Shown here: positions 26,836-32,321 of the stretch, one piece after another | How positions within the stretch are numbered: position 1 is the first letter of the stretch | How the letters are laid out: the number at the start of each line of letters is the position of its first letter | Origin: a virus | Lineage: Duplodnaviria > Caudoviricetes | Length of the DNA: 33,640 bases | Reading direction: 5' to 3' (one strand) | Virus record (IMG/VR): IMGVR_UViG_3300028588_000064 | Location: 1-33,640 of that record | Translations under genes and position numbers: made by a program | The notes under the pieces: model-generated | The model's input: only the letters and a program-made list of their open reading frames with translations | What the model was told of the DNA's origin: nothing | Databases searched by the model: none

Positions 26836-27042
26836 TCAGGAGATGCGAGGGAAGTCGATGCCGACTGCAATCAAGAGTGCTCGCGCCAAGTCAACCGCCT
26901 CAGTTTCAGAGAGAACCTTGGTGACCTCGTCGCCATCCTTGCCGACCAGGGTCATGTCCACCACGAGGCCAGACGACAGGTGCATCGCCGTGACTTCGAT
27001 GTCCTCGCGGCCGGTCTGAATGGTGTTCATCTGCGTCGTCAT
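26836..27042 (-). CDS. Leaderless hypothetical protein, 68 aa
   Basis: ORF fills the space between two cassette boundaries. Confidence 0.75.
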   Translation of the reverse strand: MTTQMNTIQTGREDIEVTAMHLSSGLVVDMTLVGKDGDEVTKVLSETEAVDLARALLIAVGIDFPRIS

Positions 27043-27111
27043 ACCCCTACTATAATCGACGTCTCCCTAGATCACAAGAAGGCCCTGGACATGATGTCCA
27101 GGGCCTTCTTG
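27040..27111 (-). repeat. Cassette boundary 2
   Basis: CAAGAAGGCCCTGGACA-TGA-TGTCCAGGGCCTTCTTG hairpin; TTGTGA-17-TATAGT-6-ATG. Confidence 0.8.
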
Positions 27112-27112
27112 G

Positions 27113-27157
27113 TCAGCGTCCGCCGCAGCAGGGACACTGGCATCCAGCCGGATGCAT
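27113..27157 (-). CDS. Cys-rich micropeptide, 14 aa
   Basis: MHPAGCQCPCCGGR; GGGGGTGA SD-like element upstream; ends at terminator. Confidence 0.45.
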   Translation of the reverse strand: MHPAGCQCPCCGGR

Positions 27158-27162
27158 CCTGA

Positions 27163-28053
27163 TCACCCCCTTTCAGGGTTCATGCTCGGGAGCCACCAGT
27201 CCTGGCGGCGGATGGTCTTGTCACTGGTTCCGAAGTGTCCAGCCAGAAGCTCCGCGATGTCCTTGGCCAGCAGGCCGTTGTCCTTGCCAATCCTGGCCAG
27301 CGCGGCACCCTCGATCGGGTCGATGACCACGCGGCTGGACACTCGCCGTGTCCGCGGCTGGACAGGACCCTGGACAACCGGAACGGCCGGCGTGGTCGTG
27401 GTGTCCTGGACACGGCTGGACAGTCCAGCCAGCCAGCTCTCCGTCTCGCTGGCCAATTCCTGACCAAGCTGTCCAGCTGCCCTGTCCGCGTCCTTGGCCG
27501 CGCTGGTCAGTTCGGCATTGTCCAGCTGTCCAGCGAAGGCAGCCTCCGACTCGGCGACGTCCTGGACACTGGCCACCGGCACTGTCCACTGTCCGGCCGG
27601 GTTGTCCAGCGCAATGTCCACGGCCTGGTCACTGCCGTTGTCCATCGGCTGGACACGACGCGCCTGGACAACTCTGTCCAGGGCGAGGGCGGCCAGGACC
27701 ATGGCGGCGTCGATGGCCACCGGGCCGGCGTACCGGCTGGCCACGTCGTAGCCGTAGTGGGACAGGACGTTGGCCAGGTGCCAGTACGAGATCCACGCGG
27801 CCGTGCTGCCCACGAGGATCAGGACCGCGACCTTGGTGATGCCGTCCCGCCAGGAGGCCAGCCACGGCGTGTGAATCAGCAGTTCCACGACCCCGAACAG
27901 GGCCAGCGGCCAGGCGGTGGCGGAGATGTACGCGCCGACGCCGGGCTGGGCGTTGTCCAGGTTGATGGCCTGGAGGTTGCCGGCCAGAGAGGCGGCCACT
28001 CCGAGGACGAGGACTGTGGTGGCCACGACCAGCGGCCTGCGGTGGTTGCTCAT
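27163..28053 (-). CDS. DUF2637-like multi-pass membrane protein with C-terminal HTH
   Basis: Four TM helices (ASLAGN, WPLALF, AAWISYWHL, GPVAIDAAM), linker, LLAKDIAELLAGHFGTSDKTIRR. Confidence 0.7.
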   Translation of the reverse strand: MSNHRRPLVVATTVLVLGVAASLAGNLQAINLDNAQPGVGAYISATAWPLALFGVVELLIHTPWLASWRDGITKVAVLILVGSTAAWISYWHLANVLSHYGYDVASRYAGPVAIDAAMVLAALALDRVVQARRVQPMDNGSDQAVDIALDNPAGQWTVPVASVQDVAESEAAFAGQLDNAELTSAAKDADRAAGQLGQELASETESWLAGLSSRVQDTTTTPAVPVVQGPVQPRTRRVSSRVVIDPIEGAALARIGKDNGLLAKDIAELLAGHFGTSDKTIRRQDWWLPSMNPERG

Positions 28054-28136
28054 ACGTCAACTATAACAGAGGTACGCCTGGACAACAAGAAGCCCTGGAC
28101 ACTTCGGTGTCCAGGGCTTCCGGTCAGGCTGGTCAG
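28051..28136 (-). repeat. Cassette boundary 3
   Basis: About 85 bp nearly identical to 28307-28391; hairpin GAAGCCCTGGACA-CTTCGG-TGTCCAGGGCTTC. Confidence 0.85.
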
Positions 28137-28309
28137 CCGTTGAGTTGTCGCGCTCGTCGCTGGGCCCAGCCCTCGGCGGCGTAAGTCCTGCTTGCTGGCA
28201 CGGGCTCGCCCGGGGAGCCGTAGGGTCGAGTGTCCATCACTTGATAGCGCGAATAGTCCACCAGGTAAACCTGGTAACGAGGGGGGAGGCTAACGGTCGG
28301 CGTCGTCAT
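28133..28309 (-). CDS. Leaderless 58 aa protein (not in ORF track)
   Basis: MTTPTVSLPPRYQVYLVDYSRYQVMDTRPYG...AEGWAQRRARQLNG; start and stop fall exactly in the flanking repeats. Confidence 0.7.
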   Translation of the reverse strand: MTTPTVSLPPRYQVYLVDYSRYQVMDTRPYGSPGEPVPASRTYAAEGWAQRRARQLNG

Positions 28310-28391
28310 ACATCAACTATAGCAGAGGTACACCTGGACAACAAGAAGCCCTGGACACCGAAGTGTCCAGGGCTCTGGTCAGGCTGGTCAG
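28307..28391 (-). repeat. Cassette boundary 4
   Basis: Direct repeat of 28051-28136 with the hairpin loop inverted. Confidence 0.85.
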
Positions 28392-28447
28392 AATCCCGTG
28401 CAGTACAGGCACTTGCAGTCTTCGGGGTGTCCCTCAACGTGTCTCAT
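28388..28447 (-). CDS. Cys-rich micropeptide, 19 aa
   Basis: MRHVEGHPEDCKCLYCTGF; own TATAGT (28455-28460) upstream and terminator downstream. Confidence 0.6.
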   Translation of the reverse strand: MRHVEGHPEDCKCLYCTGF

Positions 28448-28451
28448 ACCA

Positions 28452-28490
28452 TCCACTATAGCGGAGGTCGGCTTCCTCGGCTATAGTGGA
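28452..28490. promoter_or_regulatory. Back-to-back promoters forming an inverted repeat
   Basis: TCCACTATAGCGGAGG-7 nt-CCTCGGCTATAGTGGA, 15/16 match. Confidence 0.75.
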
Positions 28491-28520
28491 GATATAAGCC
28501 ACACAGACGGGAGCACGACA

Positions 28521-28643
28521 ATGCGAGGAAGTTTCAACGGTCCGCAGCGGCCCACCGAGGTCCAGACCCCGGCCGGCCGGAAGGTCATCGAGAAGATCAT
28601 GGCGGAGCGCCCGCCGACCCCGGCCGGACAGCACCGGCGCTGA
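28521..28643 (+). CDS. 40 aa hypothetical protein
   Basis: GGGAG SD, downstream of rightward TATAGT 28482-28487. Confidence 0.55.
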   Translation: MRGSFNGPQRPTEVQTPAGRKVIEKIMAERPPTPAGQHRR

Positions 28644-28644
28644 G

Positions 28645-28755
28645 ATGGCCAAGCCCAAGAGCACGATCCGGGTAGGCCAGCGGAACGGCAAGATCGTGGT
28701 GACCAAGCCGGGCAAGGGCCTGGTGGACAAGGTCCTCAAGAAGCTCGGGAAGTAG
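28645..28755 (+). CDS. 36 aa Lys-rich peptide (not in ORF track)
   Basis: MAKPKSTIRVGQRNGKIVVTKPGKGLVDKVLKKLGK; near-perfect GC3 codons; terminator follows. Confidence 0.65.
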   Translation: MAKPKSTIRVGQRNGKIVVTKPGKGLVDKVLKKLGK

Positions 28756-28757
28756 GA

Positions 28758-28784
28758 AAGGCCCGGACCACTGGTCCGGGCCTT
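28758..28784. terminator. Bidirectional terminator
   Basis: AAGGCCCGGACC-ACT-GGTCCGGGCCTT between convergent genes. Confidence 0.75.
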
Positions 28785-28790
28785 CTGCTG

Positions 28791-29090
28791 TCACCGGTCA
28801 CCCGGCCAGGGCGGGAACCGCCATTCGTCCTCGCCCGGCTCGGGCACCAGCCATACCGTCGGCGCCCGGTGGACACCGGCTCGGGCTGCGGGTGGCCCCT
28901 GGTCGAGCCGGGTCGTCGCGCCGTCCTTGGTCCACTCCGCGTGGCTCGGATAGTACGGCTCCTGCTGGGCCGCCTTCTCCCGGTCGATCTGATCCGCCAC
29001 GATCACCAGAACGCAAAGGCTGGCCGCCGCCGCAGCGACGACCAGCAGGAGAACGGATACCAGGGTCACAGCACGTGCCGGTGTCGACAC
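28791..29090 (-). CDS. Membrane protein, about 99 aa
   Basis: N-terminal TM; start re-assigned to GTG 29090. Confidence 0.6.
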   Translation of the reverse strand: MSTPARAVTLVSVLLLVVAAAAASLCVLVIVADQIDREKAAQQEPYYPSHAEWTKDGATTRLDQGPPAARAGVHRAPTVWLVPEPGEDEWRFPPWPGDR

Positions 29091-29260
29091 TGGAAATCCA
29101 CGTGCACCTCGGCGTTGGCGATGGCCTCGTCGATCGGCCGGACGGCGTCGTTCTTGGCGCCGCACTGGCACACCCAGCCGTAGTCGCCGTCCTCGTTTGG
29201 CTTGGTCAGGGCCACCTTCGGGTTGGCGTCGCGGTCGCCCGCCACCGTGATTCGTGCCAT
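29066..29260 (-). CDS. Small CxC..H protein, 64 aa
   Basis: MARITVAGD..YGWVCQCG..AEVH; GGAGG SD and TGATG overlap. Confidence 0.7.
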   Translation of the reverse strand: MARITVAGDRDANPKVALTKPNEDGDYGWVCQCGAKNDAVRPIDEAIANAEVHVDFQCRHRHVL

Positions 29261-29454
29261 CACAACCACCTCCGCAACTGGGCCACCCGCAGCCAGCACA
29301 GCGAGAAACACAGGGTCAGGGCGGTGGCGCTCACCACGGCGAGCCAATCGGTGTCTCCGTCCAGCTGGCGCAACGACCACACCAGCAGCGCCGTGACGAC
29401 CAGGGCGACCCAGGTCATGGTCCGCGCGTTCCGCTTCCGGTTCTCTTCGGTCAT
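29260..29454 (-). CDS. Leaderless two-TM protein, 64 aa
   Basis: TGCTATAGT-AGACGT-ATG (hexamer 29461-29466). Confidence 0.7.
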   Translation of the reverse strand: MTEENRKRNARTMTWVALVVTALLVWSLRQLDGDTDWLAVVSATALTLCFSLCWLRVAQLRRWL

Positions 29455-29473
29455 ACGTCTACTATAGCAGGCA

Positions 29474-30016
29474 TCAGGCCCGACGCACACGAGGCCGACC
29501 AGCGGAAATCCAGGTGATCACCCTGGCCTCAGCCAGGGAGAGCAGCACACCGACCGCGCCGGGCAGCACGACCGGGAGCGCCAGCAGCGACATGCCCAGG
29601 ACCTTGCCAGCATCCCGGGCGAAGCCACGACCGTAGGCGCGCCGCCGGTTGAACAGAGCACCCCACCGGACAGCCGTCCACCCGAGCCAGCGCTTGGGCC
29701 ACCCCACGCCGAGGTCCCGCATGGCCACCCGGAAGATCGCATCCGTGTCGCGGGAGTCGGCCGGCGGCGTCTGGTTGTACTCGTCAGCCAGCTCCGTCAG
29801 CAGCCAGTCATGGAGCACGGCCGCTCGGGTATACGCGCCGTACGGCAGGAACAGCCAGTGCAGGAATCGCGGCACGGTGGCGAAGTCGGTCAGGAAGCCA
29901 GCCGGCACAGTGAACGTCTGCGTCTCACCCGTCCAGACGAGATCCTCGGTCAGGGCCCAGGTGGTCGGGCTCGCGGCGCGCACGGCCAGCTCGGTGGCGA
30001 ATCCACGTTCGGTCAT
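29474..30016 (-). CDS. DUF1353 family protein
   Basis: FTVPAGFLTDFATVPR..YTRAAVLHDWL..DAIFRVAM..AVRWG plus C-terminal TM. Confidence 0.85.
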   Translation of the reverse strand: MTERGFATELAVRAASPTTWALTEDLVWTGETQTFTVPAGFLTDFATVPRFLHWLFLPYGAYTRAAVLHDWLLTELADEYNQTPPADSRDTDAIFRVAMRDLGVGWPKRWLGWTAVRWGALFNRRRAYGRGFARDAGKVLGMSLLALPVVLPGAVGVLLSLAEARVITWISAGRPRVRRA

Positions 30017-30246
30017 GCGATCCACTCTCGCAGCATTCCGGCCACGGCACCGGTAGTAACGAGTCGGCCAGCTCGCTCGTACTCGTCAGCCATGGCCTCG
30101 ATCTTGGCTCGCAACTCGGCCAGCTCGCTCGTCGCCGTAACGGTCGGTACCGGGCCACGAGCCTTCCGGATCTCGTCCCGCACGAACTGCTGGAGCTGGC
30201 TCACCTGGGTCGAATCAAGTTTGACGGTGAACTTCTGCTCTGCCAT
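30013..30246 (-). CDS. Hypothetical protein
   Basis: 77 aa, GAGAGGA SD, ATGA overlap. Confidence 0.7.
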   Translation of the reverse strand: MAEQKFTVKLDSTQVSQLQQFVRDEIRKARGPVPTVTATSELAELRAKIEAMADEYERAGRLVTTGAVAGMLREWIA

Positions 30247-30271
30247 GCGTCCATCCTCTCGCAGAAATGGG

Positions 30272-30307
30272 GCAGGGCCCGCACCCCTTCCCGAGTGCGG
30301 GCCCTGC
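30272..30307 (-). terminator. Hairpin terminator
   Basis: 13-bp stem GCAGGGCCCGCAC/GTGCGGGCCCTGC after gene ending at 30322. Confidence 0.6.
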
Positions 30308-30321
30308 TGATCGTGGTGGAT

Positions 30322-30879
30322 CTAGAACGCGTCCCCGTCCTCGGAGACCTTGAACGCGTCCACGATGACCTGACGGGCCTTGATGCGCACCGCCTTAATG
30401 TCCGGCTGAACGGCCAGCGCACTGTCCTCGTCCGTCGGCGGATTGGGACGCCACGCGGCGGCCTTGCCCTTCATGGCCTTGGCGTCGATCCGGCCCAGGA
30501 GCCCCTTCGGGACGCCGTTGTTGCTCTTGGGGTCCTTGCCCTGAAGCCGGGCGACGACGCCGCCGGCCGACCACTGGAAGTTGGTCAGGACCTGGGGACC
30601 CTCCTCGGCGACCGAAGGCACGAGGTTCGGAACCATCGTGCTGGTGTCGTAGTTCATGACCATGGGCTGCCACCCGTCCGGGCCGTCGTCCAGGACGACC
30701 GTGACCGTCTCCATCCAGACGTACGGGCCGTTCTCACCCTGCCGGGTGCCGGTCTTGCCGGTCGGGTAGATCATGACCAGGCGGTCCTTGAGGTGGAACT
30801 TGCTGGCGAAGTCGTCCGAGGACGCCTCGAAGATGTCCTCATCGTCGTCCTGGCCGGCGTTCACGTTGACGTCAGTCAC
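30322..30879 (-). CDS. Hypothetical replication-region protein (possibly ssDNA-binding)
   Basis: 185 aa, strongly biased codons, acidic termini ending DGDAF; function is only a guess. Confidence 0.6.
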   Translation of the reverse strand: MTDVNVNAGQDDDEDIFEASSDDFASKFHLKDRLVMIYPTGKTGTRQGENGPYVWMETVTVVLDDGPDGWQPMVMNYDTSTMVPNLVPSVAEEGPQVLTNFQWSAGGVVARLQGKDPKSNNGVPKGLLGRIDAKAMKGKAAAWRPNPPTDEDSALAVQPDIKAVRIKARQVIVDAFKVSEDGDAF

Positions 30880-31162
30880 TGTGGTGGGTCCTGTTCTGGA
30901 GCTGGGATAGGAATTGGTGAAGAGGGGGCGGTCTGTAATCCCGACAATCGACGGTTAGCATCGCCGCCCCCTCAAGCCCGTCTCTCCGGGCATGTCACGG
31001 CAGATGCTTCCGTCCTCGCCGACCCAGTTTCCACGCGCCTGGCAGGGGAACGTCCGATCGTGCAACGTGTGCTACGGCCTACGCGACTTGTTACCGGTCG
31101 TGCCCTTGGCCCGTCTCGAACGGGCTGCCATGCCTAGGTACTGGGCAAGGGACCTTTTGATG
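30880..31162 (-). ncRNA. Candidate structured RNA with tRNA-like T-arm
   Basis: No convincing ORF; GCCCG-TTCGAGA-CGGGC stacked on CCCTTG/CAAGGG, second GCCCG/CGGGC hairpin, 10-bp closing stem. Confidence 0.45.
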
Positions 31163-31312
31163 CTAGCGCCGAGCCTGAAGCTCAGCGAGGGTGGTCTGGT
31201 TGGGTCGCGTGCTGGCGTTGGCGTCCTCACGCCGGGCCGCGGACTGCTGGCGTGCCTGGCTCTCTCGCGTCATGCCGCCCGAGTCGCCGTTGCGGGTGTT
31301 CGACTTCAGCAT
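31163..31312 (-). CDS. 49 aa hypothetical protein
   Basis: MLKSNTRNGDSGGMTRES...LAELQARR, the 3' part of ORF 31163..31513. Confidence 0.45.
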   Translation of the reverse strand: MLKSNTRNGDSGGMTRESQARQQSAARREDANASTRPNQTTLAELQARR

Positions 31313-31415
31313 GCTGCTGGTGTCCCGTCTGCTGGTTGGTGGGCGGCGAGGGCGCTTGCCCGAGGTGTTCTCAGAACTGCCTCCATCGGGAGGCCCTCGC
31401 CGCTTCGGTTGATGA

Positions 31416-31475
31416 TCAGGTCCAGTCGTTCTCGCCCCGGACCTCCAGGAAGTGCCACTCCACGTCCTTGCGCAT
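31416..31475 (-). CDS. 19 aa micro-ORF
   Basis: MRKDVEWHFLEVRGENDWT with strong AGGAGGTG SD, first ORF after promoter at 31516. Confidence 0.45.
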   Translation of the reverse strand: MRKDVEWHFLEVRGENDWT

Positions 31476-31507
31476 CTGCTCACCTCCTGTGGTGCGCTTC
31501 CTTGCTG

Positions 31508-31544
31508 ATACACCCACTATAGCGGACGTCCCCAGGGCCCGCAA
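31508..31544 (-). promoter_or_regulatory. Promoter (leadered copy of motif)
   Basis: TTGCGG-17 nt-TATAGT (31516-31521). Confidence 0.7.
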
Positions 31545-31547
31545 CCC

Positions 31548-32321
31548 CTACTTCCCGGGGCACCCGTTCTCGTCCGTCAGCTGGCCCGGCCGCCGGAACG
31601 GGCACCACCAGCACTTAGACGACGGCGTGGCCCGGACATCCAGAACACTGCCGCCGGCATCCATGTGGGCCTTGATCTGCCGGTACCGCTCGATGGCCTC
31701 CAGCGCCAGGGTCCTGTTATACGGCTCGGTCCACTCCTCGGAGTCGTCGAACTTCCAGGACCGGGCCAGCAGAACCAGCCGCACCGCCCGCACCCGCCGC
31801 CCCAGCAACTCGTACCCGCGGCCGTAGAGGTGCGCCTGGACCCGGTACTCCGGGCTCACGGTGCCCTTGTCCCGTAGCTCTTTCAGCGCCGTCACGCCAA
31901 CGTGCTTCCAGTCCACGACCGTCTCGTGGTCGGTGTCGTAGGCGTCGGCCTCGCCGGTGATGTCGTCCGCCACCTGGAGCCGGGCGATCGGCAACCAGCG
32001 TTCCCGGCCTTCCCTCGCGTTCCAGAACCGGATCACGTCGGTCATGGAGTTGTGCACGGCCGTGCCCTGGAACGGCGCCCAAGCCGGCTCCTGGGCGGGT
32101 GGCTGCGGTCCGGCGGCCAGTTTCCGGGCAATCTGCTGTGCGCACGGCGTCCCCAGCTCGGACGGGCCCAGGGCCACCTGCTGGGAGCGTGGCCGCTGGT
32201 GTTCGTAGTCGATCAGGACGTCGCGGAGTTCATGCAGAGTGCTCGGGACGCCGTGCTGAGCCGGCCAGCGCGTGGGGGCCCGAGCCGACTCGAACAGGTC
32301 GTCATCGTCCAGGTCGGTCAC
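31548..32321 (-). CDS. Cas4/RecB-like PD-(D/E)xK exonuclease
   Basis: GPSELGTPC, GTAVH, GEADAYD, VVDWK, QAHLYG, CWWCPF..C; GTG 32321 overlaps helicase stop. Confidence 0.88.
   Translation of the reverse strand: MTDLDDDDLFESARAPTRWPAQHGVPSTLHELRDVLIDYEHQRPRSQQVALGPSELGTPCAQQIARKLAAGPQPPAQEPAWAPFQGTAVHNSMTDVIRFWNAREGRERWLPIARLQVADDITGEADAYDTDHETVVDWKHVGVTALKELRDKGTVSPEYRVQAHLYGRGYELLGRRVRAVRLVLLARSWKFDDSEEWTEPYNRTLALEAIERYRQIKAHMDAGGSVLDVRATPSSKCWWCPFRRPGQLTDENGCPGK

Larger units (their letters stand above)
26744..28369. repeat. Dense TGGACA/TGTCCA hexamer cluster
   Basis: About 32 exact copies counted by hand in both orientations, 17 within 27236-27680. Confidence 0.85.

Noticed and set aside
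27235-28143. Plus-strand 302 aa ORF (and similar 30295..31137)
   Set aside because: Antisense shadow of well-supported minus-strand genes
26759-28391. CRISPR array or CRISPR-Cas system (palindromic repeats plus a Cas4-like gene)
   Set aside because: Intervals are about 170-940 bp and contain ORFs; repeats are promoter/terminator units; no cas1/cas2, and solo Cas4-like nucleases are common in phage replication modules
31101-31153. Functional tRNA gene
   Set aside because: Only about 50 nt, no D-arm or clear anticodon arm, 6-bp acceptor stem, no CCA; kept as a tRNA-like candidate only
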